Source of the DNA: Chiloscyllium plagiosum
Taxonomy: Eukaryota
Reading direction: 5' to 3'
DNA length: 64,000 bases
NCBI RefSeq assembly: GCF_004010195.1
Contig: NC_057718.1
Location: 66,836,179 to 66,900,178 of the forward strand
The notes below the pieces were generated by a model. It saw nothing but the letters and a program-made list of their open reading frames with translations. It was not told the DNA's origin and ran no database searches. Position 1 is the stretch's first letter. The number at the start of each line of letters is the position of its first letter. The translations under genes were made by a program, and so were the position numbers. Positions 26,903 through 38,574 of the stretch are shown here, piece by piece.

Positions 26903-28160
26903 AGAACCTTGATTTTAGATTTGAAGAATATTTTTCCAGAGATTTCATCATGAAACAATGACCTCAGGAAGGATAACGTTTGATAGTTCTTCTTATTCCA
27001 TGTTTTCTCCTGAATTATTCTTTTCAGGTGATCAAAACTGAACCTTCTAATAATAATCAGAAAAACAAAGATTTTTTTCTATTTGAAATAACATTGTGTG
27101 AGTCAGAACTAATTTACCTGGAAAATTACTGGATTAACATTAAATTAACCCATAAAATAAAGGAACAGAATTTCACCATTTGGTCATGATGATATATTTC
27201 TCAACCTCTTCTCCTGCCTTTTCCCCATGACCCTTACCAATCAAAAACCTGTCTATCTCATCCTTAAATACACTTAATGATTTGGCCTCCACAGCCTCTG
27301 CAACAATCAGTTCCACAGAGTCACCATCTTCTGACTGAAGAAATTCCTCCTCTTTTTCTCAGTTCGAATGGGTCATCCCTTCACTCTGAGGGGAAGACCC
27401 TTGGGTCTTAGTCTCTCCTACTCGCAGAAACATATTTTCCATGTCCACTCTATCAGGCCTCTCAGTATTCCATTGATTACAGACTCAGAATTCTAAACTG
27501 TTCCTCATATGATAAGCCAATCGTCCCCTGGATAATTCTTGTAAACCTTCTGCAGACCCACTCCAAGCTTACAGATTTTTCCTTAGAAACGGTGCCCAAA
27601 ACTACTCTCAATATTCCAAATGCAATCTGACCACAGCCTCAGCAGTACATCCCTGCTCTTGTATTCTAGCCCTCTTGAAATGAATATTAACATTGTATTT
27701 ACCTTTCTGCCAACTGAACCTGCATGTTATCCTTAACAGAATCTTGAACAAATCTCTGCAATTCAGTTTTCCGAAGCCTTTCGCCATTTAGAAAATAGTC
27801 TTTACCTCTATTCTTCCTAAGAAAGTGCATAACCCCCCCACATGTATTCTATCTGATACTTCTTTTGCCCACTCTCCTAGCTTGTCCAAATCCTTCTGAA
27901 ACACCCCCATTTCCTCAACAATACCTGTCCTACCAACTTACGTTGTGTCATCTGTAAACTTATTAACAATGCCTTCACTTGCTTTATCTAGATCGCGAAT
28001 GTATAATGCGAGCAGTCATGATACCAACATGGACCTCTGTGGAACTCCACTAGTCGCTGGCTGTAATCCTGAAAAAGACCACTCTATCCCCACACTCTAC
28101 CTTCAGACAGTCAGCCAATCTTCTATCCATGCCAGTGACTTGCTCCTAATGGCATAGGTG

Positions 28161-28741
28161 TGAGGATCTAAAATTTGAACTTGGGTTATTATTTGAAGCA
28201 ACAAGTTTATGTAGATTTTTACTAACCACAAAATGGTTGTTCAATTTAAAAGAATACAAGAAAATGGCTGAGAGTAGTGCTTGTACCCTGTGAACTGGTA
28301 CTGCTGTTTTGCAGAATTAAGCTGAAATTCAAAGATAAGAGGACAATAGAGTTTTCATAAAATGAATACTAACACATTAATTTACCATTTGAACTAACCT
28401 TGAACCGTTACAATGGCATAATGATTTATGTAAATCATTCCCAGGAAATATCATTGGATTAACATGTTGTAAATCATGCCACCTTATTATATGTGATTTT
28501 TTTTTGTAATTAAGGCTGTACTACCTCTTTAAAAGCATATAAGTAATGTGTAATTTTTGAATGTAATTGTGCAACTTCAGCACGGAACACAGAAGCTTTA
28601 ACCTCTGTGTTGCTGGATAGAATTGCGACAAGGTACCTTAATTCAATAAAGTAATGACCCTTGCTTTTGAACAGACCGCATTTGTTGATTCTTATGACCG
28701 ATCTCGAACCAAAGCCCCTCTTGAGGGGTCGTAAATCTTCA
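28161..28741 (+). mobile_element. ERV solo LTR, 581 bp
   Basis: TGAGGAT...ATCTTCA inverted termini, perfect 4-bp TSD GGTG (28157-28160 and 28742-28745), AATAAA at 28645; same family as 16759-17335. Confidence 0.88.
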
Positions 28742-28854
28742 GGTGTTCTTATCTTATTTAGCAATAGTGAGTTTTGAGAAGATGTTTAGCAATCTCCTAT
28801 CCAACATCTTGTCAAAGGCCTTCTGGAACTCCAAATAGATTATTTTTGGGTGGG

Positions 28855-29200
28855 GGGTAGAGGTTTATAAAATCATGAGGGCATGGAGAGGGTAAATAGA
28901 CAAGGTCTTTTCCCTGGGTTGGGGGAGCCCAGAACTAGAGGGCATAGGTTTAGGATAAGAGTAGAAGGATTTAAAAGTGACCTAAAGGGCATGGATGGCA
29001 TGAACTGCCAGAGGAAGTGATGGAGGCTGGTACAACTACAACATTCTAAAGGCTGGATCGGTATATGAATAGGAAGGATTTAGAGGAAATATGGGCCAAA
29101 TGCTGGCAAATGTGACTAGATTGATTTAGGATATTTGGTTGGCATGGGCGAGTTGGACCGAAGAGTCTGTTTCCATGCTGTACATCTTTATGTCTCTATG
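28855..29200 (+). mobile_element. CR1 LINE 3' fragment
   Basis: Same 3' end as 12900-13270 in the opposite orientation. Confidence 0.8.
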
Positions 29201-29577
29201 TCCACTAGTTCTAACTTGTTCATTACCTCCTCAAAGAATTATAACCAATTTGTAAGGCATGACCTCCCTTTGACGAAACCATGCTAACTTTGCCCATTTT
29301 TACCATGCACTTTCAACTGCTTTGCTATCTCATCCTGAATAGTGAACTCTAAAATCTGAGGTCAGGCTAACTGGTGTATTGATTTCTGTCTTCTGCCTTC
29401 CTCCCTTCTTTAACAGGGATGTTAAATTAGCCATTTTCCAGTTCTCTTTCACTTAAAGACCACCACCAATGCATCCATAATCTCCTCAGCTAGTTCCTTC
29501 AAAACTCTGGAGTTTAATCCATCTGAGTGATTTATTTACCTTCACACTTCCAGCTTCTCCATCCCATTTTCCTTAGT

Positions 29578-29724
29578 AGGAGAAAGTGAGGACTGCAGAT
29601 ACTGGAGATTAGAGCTGAAAAATGTGTTGCTGGAAAAGCGCAGCAGGTCAGGCAGCATCAAAGGAGAAGGAGAATTGACATTTCCTGAAGAAGGGCTTAT
29701 ACCCAAAATGTCGATTCTCCTTCT
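29578..29724. mobile_element. PLE pLTR fragment with inversion
   Basis: 13-bp TSD cattttccttagt at 29565 and 29725. Confidence 0.82.
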
Positions 29725-31288
29725 CATTTTCCTTAGTGATGACCACTATACCAACCTTTGCCTCTTGAAGTTCTGGTATGCTGCCAGTGTCTAAGACTGA
29801 TGCAAAGTACATGTTCAGTACCTCTGCCACTTCTTTGTTCTCCATTACTACTTCTTCAGCCTCATTTCCCATTGGGTCAATGTTCACTTTCGCCTGTATC
29901 TTACTTTTAGATATCTGGAAAACACTTGCAATATTCTTTTACATTAATTGCTTGCTTACTGTCATATTTCATCTTCTCCCCCCTTTTAGCTTTTCAATTA
30001 TCTTCTGATGGTTTTAATGCTTCCCAAAGCTCTTGCTTCCTACTAATCTTCATCACATTGTATGCTTTTTCTTTTGCTTTTATACTGGGCTCCCCTTCCA
30101 ATCAATTCTGGCAAGTTCCTCATTCATGCCTTTGTAGTTACCTTTCCTGATTGTTATTCCATTATATCTGATTTCAGCTTCTCCCTTTCAAACTACAGGA
30201 TGGATTCTGTTATATTATGGTCACTGTCCCCTAAGAGTTTCTTCACCTTAAGCTCCCAAATCAAGTCTGCCTAATTACAATCACTAAATCCAGAATTGCC
30301 TGTTCCTATTGTGCTCTACCACAAGCTGCTCCAATAGACTATCTTGTAGACCTTCCACAAATTCCTTTTGTTGGGATCCACGACCAACCTGATTTTCACA
30401 GTCCACATGCATATTGAAGTTCCCCATGATTATCATAGTTTCTTCTTACATGATTTTTCTGTCTACTGATTTATTTTCTGCCTACATCTTGACTTCTGCT
30501 GGGAGGCCTGTACATAACTCCCATAAGGGGCTTTTTTCCTTTTCAGTTCCTCAACTCTACTCACACAAGTTCTACACTTTCCAACTCTATATCATTACTT
30601 ACTCTAGATTTAATTTCATTTCTTACTAACAAGGCAACCCTTTCCCCTCTGCCCATCTGCCTAACCTTTCATTAGGATGCATATCCTTGCAACTTTAATT
30701 TAATACAAGGTATAAATGCAAACTGTTTGGTTCTCATTCTACACAGTATTCTAATGTAACTAACTACAGTTTTCATTTTTGAGAGCTCTTTTAAAACAAA
30801 ATTTAGATACTTACCAATTTGAGTTAAATCTAGTATAATTTTCCTTTCATCATTTGAACTTTTCAGAGATTTATATTAACAAAAAGAAAACCTGAAAATT
30901 TGCCTACAAAACAAAACTATCTGAGAAATTTGAATCAATTAATCTTCAAGGTTACTGTTTCTTCCAAAAACAGCCTTCAAACAATCAACATCTTAGGTAA
31001 TATTGGAACACATTAACTTTGAGTCACAGCTCTGAGAAATTATTTTTCTGTAGACTTTGTATTGATATATTGTTGCAACTTGTGGGTTTTCCATCAATGT
31101 AGCCCAAATTTTAAATGTATAATATTAAGTTGCTGTATTTGCGCAGTACATACAAATTCAACCCTTTAATAATGTGGTAACTACTATTTCTGCCAAGTAG
31201 CCACTTTGTCATTGAAAGTTAACAAATATTAATGCAGAGGTAAATTCAACAAATTTTAATTCCTTCTGCTGACAACCAATTTAAGATT

Positions 31289-31416
31289 TTAAAAATGTGT
31301 TGCTGGAAAAGCGCAGCAGGTCAGGCAGCATCATGATGCTGCCTGACCTGCTGCGCTTTTCCAGCAACACATTTTTAAGCTCTGATCTCCAGCATCTGCA
31401 GTCCTCACTTTCTCCT
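31289..31416. mobile_element. PLE pLTR fragment forming a perfect 90-bp palindrome
   Basis: 31289-31378 is self-complementary about catca|tgatg; 15-bp TSD aaccaatttaagatt at 31274 and 31417. Confidence 0.9.
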
Positions 31417-31702
31417 AACCAATTTAAGATTGCCAATTCTACTTGCATCATGGCACACTTTTGTGTAATGGAAGGTATATACATATGGCCGGGTTATTTG
31501 TAGACAGAAAGAACATATACATGTTCTCTGCCTATTTCAATTTAAGCAAAGCTGACAGAAATTTGCTGGTCCATTTCTCAGGGCAATGCTTTGACTGGTC
31601 AGAGTCAACCTACCTGATTTAGAATTTAAACAAAAAGCCTCAGTTTCTTGTCAATCGTTCTTAACTTGCGCATTTTCCATGGTGATGCCTCTACCAATCA
31701 GA

Positions 31703-32492
31703 ACCTACTTGCCTTTCTTCTCTCATACAGCATAAATATTGATTTTTCCTTAAATTGGTATTCTTGTGAATTCCCCAAATAAGTGCAAGATGTAAAGCTT
31801 CAACAAATGTCTTTTTTTCAGCTATACTTAAGTACTGAACTACTCTACTAGTGACCAAAAGTTTTAATCGCTGGATATTTTAAAAATATAAATTTTAAAC
31901 TCTTTTTTTGTACATTTACTTTCTGTATTTTTGTTTCTCGAGATCCAATCTTTCTTTTCCTCTCTTTTTTTTCTGTACCTGATTTGGTGTTGAATTCAAC
32001 CACTCTTATTTCCACATCCTTTTCAGTAATTAAGCTGCTAATTTTATTACACAAAAGTGAGGACTGCAGATGCTGGAGATCAGAGTCAAGATTAGAGTGG
32101 TGCCAGAAAAGCACAGCAAGTCAGGCACTATCCGAAGAGCAGGATTGTCCATGAAACTGATTACTTCAGGAGATAGCCAGTTGTTTGCCCAGTTTCCCTC
32201 ACTGTGGCACTATTGGATTGCATTTCCAATAGCTTTCCAAGTAAAATGTTAAATCCGTAAAATCCGAGGACATGTCTAGCAGCCCTTAGAGTTTAAATTT
32301 TATATTTTAAAAATATCCAGCGATTAAAACTTTTGGTCACAGTACAGTACAGTAGGACAGTACTTGAGTGTAGTTGAGAAAAAGACATTTGTCGAGGCAT
32401 TGCATCTTGCACTTATTTGGGGAATTCACAAGAATACCAATTTAAGGAAAAATCAATATTTATGCTGTATGAGAGAAGAAAGGCAAATAGGT
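31703..32492. repeat. About 200-bp inverted repeat (31703-31903 and 32288-32492) just upstream of the S4 exon
   Basis: Long identical blocks, e.g. gtgaccaaaagttttaatcgctggatattttt versus its reverse complement at ~32310-32340. Confidence 0.9.
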
Positions 32493-32632
32493 ACTGCTGG
32501 AAGTAATATCTAATATATTCCTTATACACTATGTAACATTCAATATTAGTGTCATGGGATTTATTATTGTCATGTGATTTATTTTCGACAAAAAAGTTTT
32601 AATTATTTTGAATATTGTTCCTGTCTTGAAAG

Positions 32633-32773
32633 TATGTAGGTGGTGTTGACGTCCCTCCTGTAGGATATGCTACTTCCCGATTAGTTCGCCTCATTAAACT
32701 AACTAGAATAATGAGCTTACTACGTCTGTTGCGTTTCTCAAACCTTATGAGATATGTGCGATACTGGAAAGAG
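32633..32773 (+). CDS. Internal coding exon of the same HCN-like channel (S3-S4 linker and S4 voltage sensor)
   Basis: Acceptor ttgttcctgtcttgaaAG and donor GTATGT at 32774; 141 nt, phase 0/0. Translation YVGGVDVPPVGYATSRLVRLIKLTRIMSLLRLLRFSNLMRYVRYWKE aligns without gaps to HCN [36 protein letters not shown], and the exon ends at the same intron position as in vertebrate HCNs. Confidence 0.93.
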
Positions 32774-33779
32774 GTATGTGCTATTTTACACTAAATGGTA
32801 CAAATAGCTTTGTAAATATACTTTTATCAAAATCTAGCCTGACACCTATGAACTTATAGATCAAATTGAGATATATTTAATTTTGAAATAGGCATTTGAA
32901 CTAGAACTGTATAAATTTACACCAAAAAGGTGACCATGTTGTCTTTTTTACTTGAGCAATGTAAAACCAAAGAAATTTCCCCTCCCAGGTGTGGTGTGAA
33001 CAATGAGTACAAAAGTGAGAAAGTACAGAGAATTGTCACATTATTTCAGAAGAGGCATACAGGTTTCAAATGTTAATTCTGTTTTTTTTCCCCTCACAAA
33101 TGCTGCCAGATCTGCTGAGTTTCTCCAGCATTCTTTGTTTTTATTACATCCTCTGAGAGTTTACTAACTTCCAACTTTGAGGCAGAGGTGGAGCTAGGGT
33201 TTTCTATGCTAGCATCTTTGTGGAAGTTCTCTGCCTGACTCTAATAAGAGAAGAAAGAATTAGTTGTTGAAGAGAGATAAATGTTTTGCAGATTAATAAT
33301 GAGTTAGCATTGATGTTATGGGAGAGCAGTGCAGCACAAGAAAATGAAACTTACTGGGTTCGTTTGCTGCTGGGGTCTCCTCGTCCTCACAAGAGCAGTG
33401 GTGATCATCTCTGGTTAATACGAGAAATTTTGCCTCAGTGTGAAGAGTCTGATGTCCATCAACATCTTGTGGGCCAGTTACCACTTTTACCTGCAATAAT
33501 ACATCAGGATGAAGTGAATATAATAGAAGTGTTCAGAAGAGCAGTTAATGGTGATTAAAGGGGAACAGGGGTGATGATGTGTCCCCAGTGTATGAACGGA
33601 AAGCACAGAGCGTAGAAAGGGTTAGTACCTTGGGAGGATGATGTGGATAGTAACCATTGAATAGATATGATGTATGCAATATTAAGAGTTGTAATCCATG
33701 ACATGTGAGTTAGAATGAGTGATGCCCCTGTGGGCATGAGATTCCAGGGAGAAGATAGTGGCACATAACTTTGCAGGGC

Positions 33780-34000
33780 ACAGAAGACTGGTGTTTTTCT
33801 TGCACTGATGGATGTCCCCGCTGAATTGGAACACACCATTCACCTGGGCTGTTATCTGGGTCCAGGCTGGTTTGGCCTGGTGGAATAGCTTCCTGTGGCG
33901 AGCAAGAGGTAAGACACTGGATCTACTCTCCATCAGCCCAACCACCAACACTAATATATTTCTGTCTGTGAGCGTGACTTTCTTCTGGGCCATAATGTTT
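33780..34000 (-). mobile_element. Myb/SANT-like DNA-binding ORF remnant, PIF/Harbinger type
   Basis: TLTDRNILVLVVGLMESRSSVL...AWTQITAQVN...IHQCKK fits the Harbinger Myb/SANT pattern (W..I...VN...QC.K). Confidence 0.55.
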
Positions 34001-34054
34001 GAGCACCACATTGTGAAGAATAGTTCACAGCTTGCAGCATTTGAAGTGGTGAGC

Positions 34055-34340
34055 AGATTCCCTACAGTGTGGAAACAGGCTCTTCGGCCCAACAAGTCCA
34101 CACCTCCGAAGAGTAACCCACCCAGACCCATTTCCCTCTGACGAATGCACCTAACACAATGGGCAACTTAGCATGGCCAGTTCACCTGGCCTGCACATCT
34201 TTGGACTGTGGGAGGAAACTGGAGAAACCCTCGCAGACATGGGGAGAATGTGTAAACTCCACACAGATGGTCACCTGAGGCTGGAATCGAACCTGGGTCT
34301 CTGGCGCTGTGAAGCAGCAGTGCTAAACACTGTGCCACCC
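34055..34340 (-). mobile_element. HE1-like V-SINE
   Basis: Reverse complement of 57122-57440, box B GGTTCGATTCC intact. Confidence 0.87.
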
Positions 34341-35494
34341 CTATGGCAGGTTTGTCTGGAGCCCAAACCTTTGATTAAGGCATGAGTGTTGGACACTTAA
34401 TTATATTAAGTCAAGATCTAATTTGATGTTTTTATATTTGCTTTTTAACATCCCTCCAAATTCCTACTTACCGATATGAAAGAAACTTAATCATAAAGTG
34501 CAATATCATTAAGATTTTGAAGGTTAGCTCTCCAATAAGGTACTGGTCCATTACTTTCAGGTTCACTTCTATGATTTCTGACTCAAGTAATCAACAAAAT
34601 AAAAGCCAAATGCCCAGACTTTAGATTGTCCCCACTGTTCCAGCATGAACCCAGCAGTTACCATAATAGAACTGTTGAAAACATTGGTGCTGTTGTGTCA
34701 TTAACCTGTAACTGATGTTCTGGATATGCTCATTAGATTCCATATTACTGGGGCCATTTCAGCTGGTATGAATGCTACCACAGAACACTGTAATCCAGAC
34801 GATTGGGATGATAAGGAATACTGGCCTATAATTACATTTTAGATCCAGGAAGAGCACACAACAGTATAATCATAGATTTAGACACAGGGCTGTTCGAGTT
34901 ACATTCTGCGGAATCTTATAAGGACCTGAATGACATAGCTCATGGTAAGAAATATGGCAGAATCACATAAGAAGTCCACAAGGCTTACCTTGATGTTGGG
35001 AATACTTGCTACATCTTTTCACTACCTTCCAAGCATTGAGGCAAGACTCTTACTAGGTAGCGCTGCTTTGCCTGTTAAGGGAGATTATTGCTTATTAACA
35101 TGATTACTATCTGCAGATCTCATCTCTAAGATATTTTTTTCCCTTGTAGGATGCAGGTGTTGTTGGCTGGTCGACATTTATTGCTGTTTCTAGTCACCAT
35201 TGAGAAAGTGGTAGTGAGTTGCATTCTTGAACCATGTGGTGTAAAAGACCCACAATACAGTTAGGAGGGAATTCCACGATTTTCACCAAGTGACAGTGAA
35301 GGAATGTTGACATATTTCCAAATCAAGATGGTGAGCTATTTGAAGGGTATATTGCAGTGGTGATGTTCCCATGTATATCCGGCACTTCTCAATGGAAGTG
35401 GTTGTGGATTTGGAAGGTGCTATCTAAGGATCTTTGGTGAATTTTTGTAGGGCATCTTGTCAGATGGTGCACATTGCTGAGTATTATGGAAATT

Positions 35495-37005
35495 CTGGAA
35501 TTCTGGAAAGCGTGAAAATAGATAAGTCCCCTGGGCCAGATGGAATTTATCTTAGGATTCTCTGGGAATCAAGAGAAGAGATTGCAGAGTCTTTGGCTTT
35601 GATCTTTATGTCGTCATTGTCTACAGGAATAGTACTAGAAAACGGGAGGAAAGCAAATGTTGTGCCCTTGTTCAAGAAGGGGAGTAGAGACAACCCTAGT
35701 AATTATAGACCAGTGAGCTTTACTTCAGTTGTGGGTAAAGTGTGAGAAAAGATTATAAGAGATAGGATTTATAATCATCTAGAGAGGAATAAGTTAATTA
35801 GGAATAGTCAACATGGTTTTGTGAAGGGTAAGTTGTGCCTCATAAATCTTATTGAATTTTTTATAAGATGACCAAACAGGTGGATGAGGGTAAAGCTGTT
35901 GATGTGGTGTATATGGATTTCAGTAAAGCATTTGATAAAGTTCCCCATGGTAGACTATTGCAGAAAATACGGAGGCATGGGATTGAGGGTGATTTCACGG
36001 TTTGGATCAGAAATTTGCTAGCTGAAAGAAGACAGAGGGTGGTGGTTGATGGGAAATGTTTATCCTGAGTTCAAATACTAGTGGTGTACTGCAAGGATCT
36101 GTTTTGGGTCCACTGCTGTTGTCATTTTTATAAATGACATAGATGAGGGTGTAGAAGGATGGGTTAGTAAATTTGTGGATGACACTGAGGTCGGTGGAGT
36201 TGTGGATTGTGCAGAGGGATGTTGCAGGTTACAGAGGGACAGGGATATAGATATGCTGCAGAGCTGGGATGAGAGATGGCAAATGGAGTTTAATGCGGAA
36301 AAGTGTGAGGAGATTCACTTCAGAAGGAGCAACAGGAATGCAGAGTACTGGACTAATGGTAGGACTCTTGGTCACGTAGATGAGCATACGATCTCTGTGT
36401 CAAGGTACATAGATCCCTGAAAGTTGCCACCCAAGTTGATAGGGTTGTTAAGACGACATACGGTGTATTAGCTTTTATTGGTAGAGGGATTGAGTTTTGG
36501 AACTATGAGGTCATGTTGCAGCTGTACAAAACTCTGGTGTGGCTGCACCAGTTCTGGTCACTGCATTGAAGGAAGGATATAGAAGCTTTAGAAAGGGTGC
36601 AGAAGAGATTTACTAGGATGCTGTCTGGTATGGAGGGAAGGTTTTATGAGGAAAGGCTGAGGGACTTGAGACTGTTTTCTTTGGAGAGAAGAAGGTTGAG
36701 AGGTGACTTAATTGAGACATATCAGATATTCAGAGGGTTAGATAGGATGGGCAGTGAGAGCCTTTTTTCCTCGGAAGGGTGATAGATATAGGACAGATGT
36801 CAGAGGTAGTTTCTTTATTCAGAGAGTAGTAGGAGTGTAATAGTAGTAGATTTGCCAACTTTAAGGGCATTTAAGTGGTAATTGAATAAACATATGGATA
36901 AAAATGGAATAGTGTAGGATAGATAGGCTTCAGCTTGGTTCCACAGGTCGGCGCAACATCAAGGGCCAAAGGGCCTATATTGCGCTGTAATGTTCTATGT
37001 TCTAT
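35495..37005 (+). mobile_element. 5'-truncated CR1 LINE (RT and 3' end)
   Basis: DKSPGPDGIYLRIL, VDVVYMDFSKAFDKVPH, QKRFTRML; (TTCTATG)n tail at ~36992-37005. Confidence 0.9.
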
Positions 37006-38446
37006 CAGTGGTGATCGGAATGGATGTTTGTATATGTGGTACTATTCAAGTGAGCTACCTTGTCTTGATTGGTGTCAAGCTTCTTGAGTCTTGTTGAAGT
37101 GGCACTCATCCAGGCAAATGAGGAGTATTCCAACACACTCCTGATTTTTTGCCTTGTACATGGTGGACAGTTTTAGTAGTCAGAAGGTGAGTTACTCGCT
37201 GCAGAATTCCTAGGCTCTGGCTTGCTCTGTGACCACCATATTTATGTGGTGATTCCAGTGATTTTCTGATCAATGGTATCCCCAGGATGTGTAGGATTCA
37301 GTGACGACAATGCCATTGAATGTCGAGAGGCTTTGGTTAGATTGTCTCTTACTGGTGATGATCATTGCCTGGCATTTGTGTGTAATGAATGTTATTTGCC
37401 AATTGTCAGCCTAAGCCTGCCTATTGTCCAGATCTTGCTGCATTTGAACATGGACTGCTTCACTATCTGTGGAATGCAGTCACCAGCGAATATCCCACAT
37501 CTGACCTTATGATGGAGAGAAGGTCGTTGATGAAGCAGCTGAAGATTGTTGGGGTTAGGACACTACCCTGAAGAACTCCTGCAGTGATGTCCTGTAGCTG
37601 AGATCTCCAACAATCAAAACCATCTTTCCACGTGCTGAGGGTGACTGCCTCCTGATTCCCATTTATTCCAGTTTTGCTGGGGCTTCTTGATGCCCCACTT
37701 GATTAAACATGGCCTTGATTTCAAGGGCTGTTGCTCTCACATCACCTCTAGAATTCAACTCTTTTGCCTATGTTTGAACTGTGGCTGTAATGAGATCAGG
37801 AGCTGAATGGCCCTGCCAGAACCTTTACTAAGCAGATTACTGTTGAGCAGGTGCCACTTGATAACACAAGTCTTTGCTACTGTTGCTGGAAAGGTATCAA
37901 GGCCAATAGACTTTATTGTAACTATTTCTTGATATCACATGGAATGATTCGAATTGGCTGAAGGATCACATGAGGCGGCCAAGATGGATTATCAACTTTG
38001 TAAATGCTTCAGCCTTATGCACTGAAGTGCTGGGCTCTTTCATCATTGAGGATGGTGATATTTGTGGAGCCTCCTCCTGCAGTGAGTCTTTTAATTGTCC
38101 ACCACCATTCACGAATGCGTGGCAGGACTGCAGAGCCTAGTTCTAACCCATTGGCTGTGGATCGCTTCACTCTGTCTATCACTTCCAGCTTATTCTGTTT
38201 GACACCCAGGTAGTGCTATTTGGTAGCTTCATCAGGTTGACACCTCATCTTCAGGAATGTCTGCTGCTACTCCTGACATGCTATCCTGTACTTTCCGCTT
38301 AACGAGTATTGTTCCCTTGGCATGATGGTAATGGTTGAGTGGGGATATGCCAGACATTCAGATTGTATTGGAATATGATTCAAATGCTGTTGATGATTCA
38401 CAGTGCCTCATGGATGCCCACTCTTGCATTGCTAGATTGTTTGAAG

Positions 38447-38574
38447 AGAAAGTGAGGTCTGCAGATGCTGGAGATCAAAGTTGAAACTTTATTGCTGGAA
38501 CAGCACAGCAGGTCAGGCAGCATCCAGGGAACAGGAGATTCGACGTTTCGGGCACAGGCCCTTCTTCAGGAATG
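38447..38574 (-). mobile_element. PLE pLTR fragment
   Basis: 13-bp TSD agattgtttgaag at 38434 and 38575. Confidence 0.85.
38538..38573 (-). ncRNA. Best-preserved minimal hammerhead ribozyme motif
   Basis: Minus strand ATTC-CTGAAGA-A-GGGC-ctgt-GCCC-GAAAC-GTC-GAAT: perfect 4-bp stems I and II, GUC cleavage triplet, palindromic ACGT stem III. Confidence 0.78.

Larger units (their letters stand above)
27180..30690 (-). mobile_element. Old CR1 LINE, multiply interrupted
   Basis: ENKEVAEVLNMYFASV (29648..29887 -) plus RT and 3' remnants. Hosts the solo LTR, a CR1 3' end and a PLE. Confidence 0.75.

Noticed and set aside
32639..32663. Alternative AG acceptors at 32639 and 32663 for the S4 exon
   Set aside because: Both are phase 1 and incompatible with the phase-0 donor at 7070.
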